Shown here: one piece after another, positions 1 through 12,193 of the stretch
Layout of the letters: each line of letters opens with the position of its first letter
Numbering within the stretch: position 1 is the first letter of the stretch
Source of the DNA: Octopus bimaculoides
Taxonomy: Eukaryota
Direction: 5' to 3'
Length of the DNA: 64,000 nt
NCBI RefSeq assembly: GCF_001194135.2
Contig: NC_068981.1
Coordinates: 162,670,790-162,734,789 of the forward strand
Notes under the pieces: generated by a model
What the model was told of the DNA's origin: nothing
Databases searched by the model: none
Seen by the model: the letters and a program-made list of their open reading frames with translations, nothing else
Made by a program: the position numbers and the translations under genes

Positions 1-251
1 CCTTAAGAGGCCTTGAATTCAACACTGCAAGTATAATTTGTTAAATTATACTGCACTTGCACTGCTAACACTGACAACACCTACTTAACCATGGAAGTGA
101 AATGAACAGGCTGTAGCTGTCTCATTGATATGACACAGTTTGTGTGTAAGCTGCTTACTGCCCATCATTTTGGCAGTGATCAGTTGTTAGAGACCTTGTC
201 TTCTCAGCCAGCTGTGGTTCTATTTAGAAATTTGTATAAGTACATAAAGAT

Positions 252-630
252 GCAGGCATGGTACCTTGGGTGTCTTCTACTATAGCCCCGGCCCAACCAA
301 ATTCTTGTGAGTGGTTCTAGTTGGTGGAAACTGAAAGAAACCTGCTGTGTATATATGTGTATATATACATATATGTATATGTGTTACTTTCTCCTAGCCA
401 TGACCTTATATAATAGTTGTAAACAAGTGTCACTGTTAGGTGGGTGGTGTCCTTCTGTTCCAATTTCCTGTCTCTGGTCATGAAGAAATATTAACTTACT
501 TGGAAGCAAGTGAGGGTTGGGTACAGGAAGGGCATCTAGCCAAAGAAAATCTGCCTCAACAAAAATTTCATTTAACCCATGCAAACATGGTATTGTATAC
601 ATTAAACCAATACTGATTATGATGACAATG
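252..630 (+). mobile_element. Decayed tRNA-derived SINE (family B: CORE-like body plus RTE-derived 3' tail)
   Basis: ccttgggtgtcttctactatagcc...ggaaactgaaagaa body, then ggttgg..ggaagggcatc..ccatgc tail as in other copies at 3525, 13283, 34720, 44765. Confidence 0.6.
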
Positions 631-1252
631 ACATTTGGAATTGGTTTTTCAGTCGCATATCTTACAATATATAAACTTGATGCTTCAGAAGTATGATTAA
701 CTAATTTCCAAATATATTAAACTAAACATACCTAGGAAGGAGAGAGAGAGTGTCCTAAAATATAATCATGTAAAAAAGTCTGGTGTTAGGTTTTTACAGT
801 GTTTGCTGCATCACAAAGAGAGTAATGGGGGGGGGGGAAATGTTTGTGTGTGTAGAACAGTTATCACCTTAGACCTCTAACTTCATCCTCATCTTGTGAT
901 ATTTATGTCTCTTGTCTACTGCTTTTGTGGTATATGTCATGTTTGGAATTGAAACATAATTCATAGTTTGCAAGAGGTAGGTGTGTGTGTGTGTGTGTGT
1001 GTGGTTGGGGTACTTCAGTTAAATGAAAAAAAAAAGGAAAAATTTAACGTCTTTCTGTGTTTATTTAGACTTGAATTGCAGCATCATATATTATGTTTTC
1101 TAATATATATTTATGTGTGAATAAATATATATACCTACATCATAGATATACAATGCTGGAGTATATACATACACACGTGTGTGTGTATGTATGTATGTAT
1201 ATATATATATATATATATATAAAGACTGTAAAGAAACAGGAAACAACTTCTA

Positions 1253-2175
1253 NNNNNNNNNNNNNNNNNNNNNNNNNNNNNNNNNNNNNNNNNNNNNNNN
1301 NNNNNNNNNNNNNNNNNNNNNNNNNNNNNNNNNNNNNNNNNNNNNNNNNNNNNNNNNNNNNNNNNNNNNNNNNNNNNNNNNNNNNNNNNNNNNNNNNNNN
1401 NNNNNNNNNNNNNNNNNNNNNNNNNNNNNNNNNNNNNNNNNNNNNNNNNNNNNNNNNNNNNNNNNNNNNNNNNNNNNNNNNNNNNNNNNNNNNNNNNNNN
1501 NNNNNNNNNNNNNNNNNNNNNNNNNNNNNNNNNNNNNNNNNNNNNNNNNNNNNNNNNNNNNNNNNNNNNNNNNNNNNNNNNNNNNNNNNNNNNNNNNNNN
1601 NNNNNNNNNNNNNNNNNNNNNNNNNNNNNNNNNNNNNNNNNNNNNNNNNNNNNNNNNNNNNNNNNNNNNNNNNNNNNNNNNNNNNNNNNNNNNNNNNNNN
1701 NNNNNNNNNNNNNNNNNNNNNNNNNNNNNNNNNNNNNNNNNNNNNNNNNNNNNNNNNNNNNNNNNNNNNNNNNNNNNNNNNNNNNNNNNNNNNNNNNNNN
1801 NNNNNNNNNNNNNNNNNNNNNNNNNNNNNNNNNNNNNNNNNNNNNNNNNNNNNNNNNNNNNNNNNNNNNNNNNNNNNNNNNNNNNNNNNNNNNNNNNNNN
1901 NNNNNNNNNNNNNNNNNNNNNNNNNNNNNNNNNNNNNNNNNNNNNNNNNNNNNNNNNNNNNNNNNNNNNNNNNNNNNNNNNNNNNNNNNNNNNNNNNNNN
2001 NNNNNNNNNNNNNNNNNNNNNNNNNNNNNNNNNNNNNNNNNNNNNNNNNNNNNNNNNNNNNNNNNNNNNNNNNNNNNNNNNNNNNNNNNNNNNNNNNNNN
2101 NNNNNNNNNNNNNNNNNNNNNNNNNNNNNNNNNNNNNNNNNNNNNNNNNNNNNNNNNNNNNNNNNNNNNNNNNNN
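1253..2175. other. Assembly gap (N run); further gaps at 7546-7885, 15770-15779, 36722-37348, 38152-38347, 58414-58515
   Basis: Runs of n in the sequence; most abut young RTE ends, (TA)n or poly(T). Confidence 0.99.
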
Positions 2176-2406
2176 TGCGGGTGGCACATAAAAGACACCA
2201 TTTCGAGCGTGGCCGTTTTCGTGCGGGTGACACGTAAAAGCACCCACTACACTCTCTGAGTGGTTGGCGTTAGGAAGGGCATCCAGCTGTAGAAACTCTG
2301 CCAAATTAGACTGGAGCCTGGTGTTGCCATCCGGTTTCACCAGTCCTCAGTCAAATCGTCCAACCCATGCTAGCATGGAAAGCGGACGTTAAACGATGAT
2401 GATGAT
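2176..2406 (+). mobile_element. RTE-clade LINE 3' UTR, young copy; body probably hidden in the preceding gap
   Basis: Nearly identical to 7886-8117, which follows an RTE reverse-transcriptase ORF; ends in (GAT)n. Confidence 0.85.
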
Positions 2407-3524
2407 ACACACACACACACACACACACACATATATGCATACATACATACACATACGTGTGTGTATATGAATGTAGCAGTTCTAGACTGGAGGCAAAACT
2501 GTCTTATGCATATCCATTCAAAGTTGATGATTCACTCCAGCATTGTATATCTATATACTAAACTCTGAAGAGTTGAGTTAAGATGATTATATAGTGATTC
2601 TACAAGAATTATGTAATCCTGTGAGTAATTTACTGAAATATGTGTATGTTTTATAAAGCATAGAATACCATACAGCTTTTCTGTGTTTTATTAATACTAT
2701 GCATGCACATACGCGCACACATGTACACTCACACGCACACAAAGAATAGATTTTATTATATTGAAGACACTACCATACTTCCGTTCAATCATTTTTATTA
2801 ATGATTTTTCATATTTTTTAGTCCTTTATATTGTATGGAACATTTTTCAAGCTATTTTTGGCCTTATCATCTGAATGAAGTGGTGATAATGATGCATTGT
2901 TTCTCTGTTTTGTCATCTGTAGCTAAGGGTTATCGAATGATGTAACTGAAATCATTATTGGCAGATTTGAAATTGTTTAATTGCTAACTTCTTGAAGCTT
3001 CGATAATTTATTTCACATGTTGATTTTTGGTTTTTCCTATTAACAAAACTTCTGTAGCTAATTTTTTTCAGTTTTTGTAGAATTTTTGTTACTTAGAGTT
3101 AAGCTACTGATTAAAAAAATTCTTGTTGCTGTTTCAGTTTTTGATTCAGTAAATAATGAAGATAACAACTCGTGCTTTGCTCCCAACTAGAATTTTAGAC
3201 ATTATTACTGCTAACTGGAGAGTAAAAATAAATCAGAAAGTTATTCCTCAAGCATTATATCATTAGTAAGACATTGCAAGTTATTTCTGGAAATTGGTAA
3301 ACTTCTACTACAAAAGGAAGAGAATTTTGTTATGTTCATATGTACTGGAAAAGTATATCCTTGTAAAAATTGAGTTATTGATTTTTTTCCAATGTTGTAG
3401 ATTGTTTTGATATTTGTCCTTGGGTCACTTCTGATCTAATAGAACATGATCAGTTGTGTTCCTGTTGTGACCCTCTCTTTGGAAGAATTTTCTTTTGTTT
3501 AATAAGACACAAAAGAAGTTTGTT

Positions 3525-3890
3525 TCCTGATTGCATAGTTCTGATTCAGTCCCCATTACATGACAATTTGGACAAGTGTTTTCTATTATAGTCTTGAGTT
3601 GATGAAAGTTTTGTGAGTGGATTTGGTAGGTGGAAGCCGAAAGAAACACATTGAGTGTGTTTATTTGTGTTTTGTTTTGATATCATGTGATACAGTGTCA
3701 TACAAACAATGTCATCCATTCCCCAGTATTCTGTGAAAACATGTCTGGACATAGAAAAATATTAACGTACTTGGAAACAGGTGAGGGTTGGCGACAGAAA
3801 GGGCATCTGGCTGTAGAAAGTCTGTCTCAAACAAACCTTGTCCAACCCATGCAAGCATGGAAACGTGGATGTTAAATGATGATGATGACA
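3525..3890 (+). mobile_element. tRNA-derived SINE family B with RTE-like tail
   Basis: Degenerate B box (gattcagtccc), gtgagtggatttggtagg..gaaa body, tail gggttggcgacagaaagggcatc...ccatgcaagcatggaaacgtggatgttaaatgatgatgat. Confidence 0.7.
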
Positions 3891-4574
3891 ACAACATAAC
3901 TTTAAGTTCATTGTCCAAAGTGGATAGTGAACTCTTCTTTGTGGTAGTTAATGGATTTGGAGTAGATTTGACTGCTATTTCTAGTATGTTGAGTGATTGA
4001 GTAGAAAACTCTCTCTTCATTCTCTTGATGACAAATGAGAATTTAAAAGTGACTGTAAGTTTGGCTTATCCAAAAACTTGGCCAATTTTCGGACAGACAG
4101 CTGTTTCTTATCCAAAACATACACACTATTTCTCTCCTTCTCTATCTATCTCTTTATTTCTCTTTTACTCTTATTGAAACATTCACATAAGTACACAATT
4201 GAATCTGCATTTCAATCCATAACAGAGAACTGTCAGATATGAATACGGCTATTTCATTATTTAACTTACACACACACACGTACACACACAACACATATGC
4301 ACACAAATTCTTTTTATTATCAGACAAGGCATTTAGTTCATATAATCCTACCAGCAGTAGTATAAACATACCTGGTCTGCCAATTATTTACAAAAAAATC
4401 AATAAAAGCACACCTGACCTCAAAATTATAGGAAATCAATCCAATTTGTATACAACAGAACTCTGTCTTCGGATAATCTATTGAAGCACTGTAGATATAA
4501 TCAGATAGCCAGTGTCAATTCTTGTGAAAATGTTACAATGAAATTTTGAAAGTGTGTGTGTGTGTGTGTGTGTG

Positions 4575-4920
4575 AGATGGTTTGATCAGAAAGGAGGAGC
4601 TATGCCATGATCTTTGCACACTCTTCAAGATGTGGGAAGTTAATATAATTGGTTTCAGTTTGGACATGTGTAAGCCATTGTAGGAAGGATGGAAATTTTT
4701 GAGAGGTAGGGTTGTCTGAATGATAAGTGTGGAGGCATGATGGGTGATGGGAGGCAAAACAAGTCTGTTAAGTAGACCAAGGTGAAGGTGCTATGTTGTT
4801 AGACAGAGGAGAAAAGTTGATTGCAATAGGAGCAATGAGGAAACGGTGTCTGTGGACAGAGATTGTAATGATGTCATGAATGAATCTTTGTTAATCTTTT
4901 CCTAAATCTTTCAGGTATGG
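4575..4920 (-). mobile_element. Possible highly decayed CR1/L2-like LINE 3' remnant
   Basis: Minus-strand translation TLIIQTTLPLKNFHPSYNGL loosely resembles CR1 C-terminal motifs; weak. Confidence 0.25.
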
Positions 4921-5399
4921 TCAAGGCTGTTTGTGTTTTGATAGCAAAAGGCGTTTTGAGTAGAATTTCATTACAAATCTTAGTTGATCTTTGTAGAGAA
5001 TCATCAGATAATCAAAACTGAAGTATTTTCTGAGTTTGATTAAGAAGACTAGTCTTTGGCTTGCAAGTTAAGCTATATTATGTAAATGAGTGTAGTGTGT
5101 GTGTATGTGTCTTTACATTATATGAATAAAATACATTCTGTCAGTTCTACTAGCTGTGCAGGCAGAGAAATTGAATAAAGTTGATTGGAACTAGATAGAC
5201 AGTACATGTGCAGAAGCAAAAGTATGTTTCATGTTTATTGTCTTGCAGATACCATATTTAACAATGGTTACTTGGCTTGTTCAAAATAGCCACCAAATCT
5301 CCTTCCAGTCACAGTCTTAAAATAAAAAGCCATATTGGATAATGTAGTCCCTGAGTACGCTATAACTGAAACATCGAAAACAAGTTAAAATGATCGTAG

Positions 5400-5913
5400 A
5401 CTTTTATGGACACGAGGAGCATTTTTGTGCAAAGGGAATTGGAATGGAAGTCAAGAAAAGACTACTGAAGTGCTACATCTGGTCGGTGCTAATGTATGGA
5501 TGTGAGTCTTGGATGATAAGCAAAGTCATGGAGAAGAGACTCAAAGCTGCAGAAATGTGGTTTTATAGAAAAATGCTTAGAATCTCGTGGGTACAGGGGG
5601 TGACAAAGAAAATGAAAGTGAAGAGACAGTTGATGGATACTATCAGAGAGATACAGTGGTGAATTGATGGTCATTTTCTCAGAGAGGTTGACGGAATGGA
5701 GCTTTACATGGTGGAGACTAAGCTGGTGGGAAGGAGAGCGAGAGGAAGGCTGAGAATGAAGATGTTCAACTGGATGAAGAAGAGAATGAACATGCAGAGC
5801 GAGAAAGACCTGAGTGATATTGCAAGAGACAGAAATAAATGGAGGAGAAACAAGCTATGATTCATCAACAGCATGAATATGCCATGACACGAGAGAGAGA
5901 GAGAGAGAGAGAG
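5400..5913 (+). mobile_element. RTE-clade LINE, 5'-truncated RT C-terminus with (GA)n tail
   Basis: KKRLLKCYIWSVLMYGCESW..RLKAAEMWFYRKMLRISW and GRRARGRLRMK..DIARDRNKWR motifs, with frameshifts. Confidence 0.85.
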
Positions 5914-5954
5914 CTGGAATGTCTTTGACATAGTAGGTTTACTGGATTATAGCT

Positions 5955-6150
5955 AACCTTTGGTTAAATAGTGTTGGACTCATTATCATAAAATTATGGT
6001 TTTGATTCCTGGACTGGGCAATATGTTGTGTTCTTGAGCAAAACACTTCATTTCACGTTACTGCAGTCCACTCGGTTGTTAAAAATGAATAATCTTGCAA
6101 TGGAACTGCATCCCGTGCAGGGATGCCTGGGAAATCGGCCCTATGCTCCC
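5955..6150 (+). mobile_element. tRNA-derived CORE-type SINE (family C), decayed
   Basis: gtgttcttgagcaaaacacttcatttcacgttactgcagtccactc core shared with 36300, 39480 and 58770. Confidence 0.55.
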
Positions 6151-6229
6151 AACGGAGTAATGTGAACTAAACCACTTGGTTAAATTGTAATAGCAAACTG
6201 AGTTATGTGATTACTTCTTGTGTTTTTAT

Positions 6230-7020
6230 TTGGAAAACCAGTGAGGATGTTTGTGAAACAAAATCCTGGGTTTGGTTGAAAAAGGGACAATTGAAAAAAA
6301 GAAACAGAGGACCTTATTATATAGCTCCAGATCAAGCATTGCAAATGAATAAGTTACAAAAATATGTGTATGGGGTGAAAGTGCATGTAGAGTATATGGA
6401 ATTTGGAATGAAACAACACACATTGTTGCAGAATGCCACAGGTTGGTCCTGAGAGAGTATAAGAAATGGAGATATGATCAAGTTGTGAAGGTTTTACAAT
6501 GGCAATTTTGTCAAAAACAGGCATTTGAAGCAGGAAATAGATGGTACAGTCATCAGGTAAAAATTAGTGCTTGAGTCAGAAACATGCAAGATTATGAGGG
6601 ATTTTCTCATTCAAACTGATAAGAAGCTGGAATATAACAAGCCAGATATTACAGCAATAGACAAAGGAAATCGAATTTGCTTACTGATTGATCCATCATG
6701 TCCATTTGATACCAAGATTATGAAGAAAGCAAATGAGTTGAAAAAATGCAAGCCATTAAAATATGAGGGTGCAAAGATTTGGAACATGAAATCCATAAAG
6801 GTTGTACCTGTGATAACTGGTATATTAGGGACTCTGAATGATGAAATAGACAAATGGATAACAGAGATTGGACAGAGCATCAGAAGGGTTTTGAGTATTT
6901 GATGGCTTATTGCAATCATGTAGGTGTCTAAGGTTACAGGGTGTAACATGCGTCTCACATAAATTCTATCAGGAATAAAACCAATCCTGAATCATGATGG
7001 TAATAATTCTGATGATGATT
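6230..7020 (+). mobile_element. R4/Dong-clade non-LTR retrotransposon 3' fragment (CCHC knuckle plus restriction-like endonuclease)
   Basis: SWVWLKKGQLK..DQALQ; CRVYGIWNETTHIVAECHRLVLREYKKWRYDQV; DFLIQTDKKLEYNKPDITAIDK..LLIDPSCPFD..VVPVITGILG (PD..D motif); frameshifted. Confidence 0.85.
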
Positions 7021-7084
7021 ATAATGAATGTGTGATGGTTTTTTTCTTTTCCTAGTTGTGTATAAGGTCAACAGTTTTCAGTGG

Positions 7085-8195
7085 GTGGAACAAGTCAATT
7101 GCATTGCCCCACTTCAAATCCTTCCCAGTATTTGACTAGTACTTTATTTTATTGACCCCTGAAAGACAAAGTTGATCTTAATGCCTTAGTGGAATTAGGG
7201 TGAAAAACTAGAGGTAGTCGATAGCTTCCGCTATCTGGGCGACCAAGTTAGTAGTGGGGGTGGGTGCGCTGAAAGTGTAGCTGCTAGAATAAGAATAGCC
7301 TGGGCAAAGTTTAGAGAGCTCTTACCCCTGCTGGCGACAAAGGGACTCTCACTCAGAGTAAAAGGCAGACTGTATGACGCATGCGTACGAACAACCATGC
7401 TACATGGCAGTGAAACATGGGCTGTAACTGCTGAGGACATACGTAAGCTCGCAAGGAATGAAGCCAGTATGCTCCGTTGGATGTGTAATGTCAATGTGAA
7501 TACCCGTCAGAGTGTAAGTATCTTGAGAGAAAAGCTGAACATTAGNNNNNNNNNNNNNNNNNNNNNNNNNNNNNNNNNNNNNNNNNNNNNNNNNNNNNNN
7601 NNNNNNNNNNNNNNNNNNNNNNNNNNNNNNNNNNNNNNNNNNNNNNNNNNNNNNNNNNNNNNNNNNNNNNNNNNNNNNNNNNNNNNNNNNNNNNNNNNNN
7701 NNNNNNNNNNNNNNNNNNNNNNNNNNNNNNNNNNNNNNNNNNNNNNNNNNNNNNNNNNNNNNNNNNNNNNNNNNNNNNNNNNNNNNNNNNNNNNNNNNNN
7801 NNNNNNNNNNNNNNNNNNNNNNNNNNNNNNNNNNNNNNNNNNNNNNNNNNNNNNNNNNNNNNNNNNNNNNNNNNNNNNNNNNNNNCACATAAAAGACACC
7901 ATTTCGAGCGTGGCCGTTTTCGTGCGGGTGACACGTAAAAGCACCCACTACACTCTCTGAGTGGTTGGCGTTAGGAAGGGCATCCAGCTGTAGAAACTCT
8001 GCCAAATCAGACTGGAGCCTGGTGTTGCCATCCGGTTTCACCAGTCCTCAGTCAAATCGTCCAACCCATGCTAGCATGGAAAGCGGACGTTAAACGATGA
8101 TGATGATGATGATGATGAATGTAAAGATCCAGAAGAAATGCTACTAAGCATTTTGTCCATTGTGTTAATGAATCTGCCAGCTTGCCACCTCAGTA
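7085..8195 (-). mobile_element. Meta-domain SINE split by an RTE insertion (parts 7085-7196 and 8118-8195)
   Basis: gactagtactttattttattgacccctgaaag...ggaatt on the left resumes as gtaaagatccagaagaaatgctactaagcattttg on the right, collinear with intact copies at 56760 and 63430. Confidence 0.7.
7197..8117 (+). mobile_element. RTE-clade LINE, 5'-truncated, young (RT C-terminus, gap, 3' UTR, (GAT)n)
   Basis: Uninterrupted frame EKLEVVDSFRYLGDQVSSGGGCAESVAARIRIAWAKFRELLPLL..KGRLYDACVRTTMLHGSETW..EASMLRWMCNV up to the gap. Confidence 0.92.
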
Positions 8196-8199
8196 ATAA

Positions 8200-8525
8200 T
8201 GATAACGACCCCAGGCACATGGCTTGAAATTTTGGGGGAGGAGACTAGACGATTACATCAACCCCAATATTCAGTTGATATTTATTCTTCTTGATCTCTC
8301 CAAAAGGTTGAAAGCAAAGTTGACCTCAGCAGAGGAACACAAGATGGATGAAATGCTACAAAGCATTTTGTCTGACTTGCTAAGGATTCTCTCTGCTCAG
8401 CGCCTCATTAATAATAATAATAAATCTCTAATTTTGACAAAAGGCCAGCTATTTTGAGGGGAGAGGAAGTCGATTACATTGCCCCCCCCCCACTACTCAA
8501 CTGGTACTTATTTTATTGTTCCTGA
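8200..8525 (-). mobile_element. Two further decayed Meta-domain SINE pieces
   Basis: aaattttggggg..gattacatcaacccc..gcaaagttgacctcagcag and ctcaactggtacttattttattg motifs separated by (AAT)n. Confidence 0.55.
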
Positions 8526-8620
8526 ATGATGTATGATAATAAAAGTAATAAAAAAAGCATAATGTTGCTAGCTTCTTTTCATGACAGCTTAATTTAATTT
8601 TTCTTTTTTTCTTTTGTCAG

Positions 8621-8679
8621 TTTAAACATTCCTCAAGTTAGGAATAGCGAAAAAAAGTGTAGAGTGGGGGAGAGTGTAG
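8621..8679 (+). CDS. Candidate short exon (59 nt; only one frame open: LNIPQVRNSEKKCRVGESV)
   Basis: Long polypyrimidine tract plus tgtcag acceptor; tag|gtgaga donor; no homology recognised. Confidence 0.2.
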
Positions 8680-9056
8680 GTGAGAATTTTCAACTTGCCA
8701 GCCAATCTATACTTTCTGAATTACAGGAGATGAATATTTGCAATTAATTTTGATTAGGTTTCATTAGCTATCGATTTAATCACATTATCCAAGAAGTTGC
8801 ATGCACCAGAATGACCTTGCTTCTATCCTGCCAATACCTGTACCCCATAGTCAACTTATTCACATGGGAAGGCAAGCACATTAGCATGAATACAAAAAAA
8901 AATATAAAGAAAGAGTTTAATGAATCTAAATAACAGCTACATCATGTTTGCAGCTGTTCAATATCTTATAAATAAAGCAGTTCCTGTTGTTTGCTACTTC
9001 AGCCTCTCCCCTTCCAAAAACCTCCCACTTATACACCATATTGCCCTACTTTACAT

Positions 9057-9087
<31 letters not shown>

Positions 9088-9155
9088 AAATAGTAAATGA
9101 GTATATGCATATATACGTACAGGTATATATGTATGTATGTGTATATATATATATA

Positions 9156-9227
<72 letters not shown>

Positions 9228-9485
9228 TAAAATGTAAGGGGTTACTCGAAAACGATTACCAGTTTGCTCTCAGTTATGTATTCAAAATATGTTATTCAAC
9301 AGTTAACATGCAAATCCAATAAAGTTCTTATAAGATAGGAAATTAGATGAATATTCTGTTGCATAATTCTGAATATATTTCTTTAACCATATAGGTTTCC
9401 TTGAGTAATCGTTGCAATTGCAACCCTACTGTAAAATGGTGCAGTCTCTTCAGAGTCTTATCTTGATATCCCTCGGTATGGCTGT

Positions 9486-9680
9486 TTAACCCTTTCATTA
9501 CTGTATTTATTTTGAGATGCTCTGTGTTTCTTTCAATTACTTTAAATATAACAATGAATTTAGTAAAATAACTTAGTTATCATTCAGCCAGTGTTAGGAA
9601 CATAAATTGTGACTAAAGTTTGGTGGAAGATTTTAATTCAGAACTTCTGAAAACAAGACATTTGTACTCAGGGCCAGAGC
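9486..9680. mobile_element. piggyBac-like MITE fragment (TTAA-CCC terminus), same family as 42790-43019 in opposite orientation
   Basis: ttaaccctttcattactg start; body is the reverse complement of 42860-43019. Confidence 0.6.
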
Positions 9681-10569
9681 ACTGGCGATAATGTCATGTA
9701 AAAAACCTTGAATATACACTCTGTAAACTGGTTGGCATTATGAAGGTAGAAGCTGTAGAAACCAAGTCAAAACAGACTATGAAACCTGGTGAGGCCCCTA
9801 GCCTGGACAGCCTCCTGTCAACTCATGTCAGCAAGGAAAAACAGACGTTAAATGATTATAATGATTTTTAACCAACTTTGTTGTATGTTACTAGAGAGGT
9901 GTAAATGCCATGTCAGTATAGTCAGTATCTTCATGGATAAAAAGGAACTGGACCAACTGCACATGTTCTGATTCTTATATTGAGATTTCATCCACAATTG
10001 TGCACATTCTCTAGCTGTCCATGAACTTGTACTTGAAAACCCACTTTTATTTTGAGCTTAAGTAATTTACATATACATAATGTATTCATGGCAGCTAATT
10101 CCAAAAACAGCTTTATGGTCTTTTGGTAACAATTTACTTAGTTAACCCATCTATGACTGACCTTGATTCCATGTTACAAAGTTCCTGTTTTAAAGTAATT
10201 AAAATTAAAACGTTCCATCAAAATTCCATTTTAATTTATGTTTCAAACCCCAGTACAGAAATCACTGAGTTATTGTATTCTTCATTATTGTCAAAATTAA
10301 TTGAAAAAAAATTTGCATCATCAAATTCTGTCTAACCCATGCCAACATGAAAAAAGTGAACATTAAACTGACGATGATGAAAGCCAGTGTATTTCAAAAG
10401 AAATGTGGTGACAAAAAGGTTAATGCTTACAGTCTACTCTGAACATTTCCTCATGGCTGCCCATGCATGATAAATACATATACATGCTCATTCTGACTGT
10501 GCTATTTAAAATTTATTCCATTTATTTTACTGTTGTTTATAATGTTATTTTGGAGCACCATTGGTCTGA

Positions 10570-10790
10570 GAGAAGAAGTGGGCAGCTGGGGTATCAGACG
10601 TAGTGTGCACGAGATGATACTGTGCTATTGGAAAAAAAGAAACCCTGCAGAAGAGGATGACACAGGAAGAAGTAATGAGGACTGATATCAGGACAATGTA
10701 GTTCATGAAAGAGATAAGAAAACACTGCAGCAAGTGATGAGATATTGTGCTTTGGAAAAACTATCCAACCCATTCTTGCATAATAATGAT
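10570..10790 (+). mobile_element. Decayed RTE LINE C-terminal remnant
   Basis: gagaagaagtggg..gggtatcagacgtagtgtgcacgag similar to the KLGIR..SVQE region of RTE; many indels. Confidence 0.4.
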
Positions 10791-10859
10791 GATAATCTCT
10801 TCACCCAAAAAACAAAATTAGTTGTTTCTTTCTCTCTATTAACACATTGTGTTGCAGTT

Positions 10860-11330
10860 GTTGCTTAGTCTTCATTTCAGCTCTGATCAAGCGGACCTGT
10901 GATCAAAGGCTTTCCTGCTGTAACCCTCCCATTGATTTTTATTTTGTTTGTTGTTTCTTTTTGGTGACAACCATGTACTTTTTCCTTGGGGGAACGGAGG
11001 TGGGGTAGAGGGGTGGAATTTAAAATAGATTATGGTTTTACAGAAGTTTGGTTGCTATTTCTCTCAGTGGCTCTCTCATAGTAATTCTTGTAGCTGTTTA
11101 GCCCCAGATGAGCCCTGATCCAGCAGATCTGTAATGAAAGACCTGCTAGCTATGACTGTCTTGTCTGGTTTCTTTCTTTCTTTTTTATTTTTTTTCTCAG
11201 ACATGGTGCTTTTAAGACTACATTATACAATATTTCCTTCTCTTTTTTTAAAACGGTAGAGTGTGATTCGAGGTAGATTTGTATACTGTTTGTAGCAGGT
11301 CAAATGACTATGTAAAAGACTCTTCTCTTA
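10860..11330 (+). repeat. Two tandem copies of an unclassified dispersed repeat (family D); other copies near 5270, 15550, 23220, 24000, 30090, 40660, 43560, 53000
   Basis: Shared cagctctgatcaagcagacct..gatcaaagg and gggtgtgatttgagggagatttggctgctatttctagca-like motifs. Confidence 0.55.
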
Positions 11331-11969
11331 GCTTATTGTTGTTGCCGATATTGCTGATTTTGTTTGTAGCTTGTTATTTATTATACTTCTGTATTCTTCC
11401 TGCCAGACAAGCTATTCTCAGTCAGGCATATCAAAATATCTTACAACTGACTGCAGCATAGTTAATTTCAAGCTTCGTCTGCCATGCAGACATGCATGTA
11501 TAATATTTCAAGAAGGGTATAGATATCTGCTTTACAGGTTTAAATCATCTTTAGATTAGTCCATGAAAGTATTTAACCTTTCACTGACATTTTATCTTAA
11601 CAATCTACAAGCTGTCCATTTTATTTGTTTGTTTCCTTTTTTTCTTCTCCATTTTGTTGTTGTTGTTGTTGTTTCAATTGTCTTGACAGGAAAGAAATGA
11701 TTTTCTATATCTATAAGCAAAACAAGAACAGAACAATGTTTTGAATAAATATATATGAAGTTATATACAATATGTTTAATGTACAAACATTTGGTGTCTA
11801 AAGATAAGCCACAGGAGCTTTGTTAACCGAAAATGAGCATCATACAACTAGTTTCACTTTGCTTAAGATTCATCAGGGATTGCTTCAATTGCTTCTAGAT
11901 AATTCCTTGGTGGCTACCATTATGTGAATCTCTTTATACAGATAATTGTTTACATTTTTTTTTTCTAAG

Positions 11970-12000
11970 ATATATTATTCTAAGCTTCAGCAGTTAAGAG
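11970..12000 (+). CDS. Candidate microexon (31 nt, IYYSKLQQLR, phase 0 to 1)
   Basis: Very strong donor aagag|gtgagt; several upstream AGs (11970, 11985, 11991, 11994 starts) are all in the same open frame. Confidence 0.2.
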
Positions 12001-12193
12001 GTGAGTCGAGCTGTCCCTGATTAAACTAAAGCAAGGCGAAACTAGTCACATTAGCATAATCTTTACTCAGATCAGTGGAAGTTGCTGTGGTTCACAGACT
12101 GGTTAGATTTTCAAAAGGAGATTAAATGAATATTTAGTAGATGTATATTCTTGTATACTATGTAATACATATATACTAATATATATATATATA

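Noticed and set aside
1093-2340. Long ORFs of 327-401 aa (also at 7400-8041, 36653-37435, 37986-38448)
   Set aside because: They run through N gaps and are artefacts of translating n as X.
8991-9322. ORFs rich in [18 protein letters not shown] or ERERER throughout the window
   Set aside because: These are translations of (TA)n, (TG)n, (CA)n and (GA)n microsatellites.
9396-9475. Exon-like segment with atag acceptor and cg|gtatgg donor
   Set aside because: All three plus frames contain stops; at most a non-coding exon.
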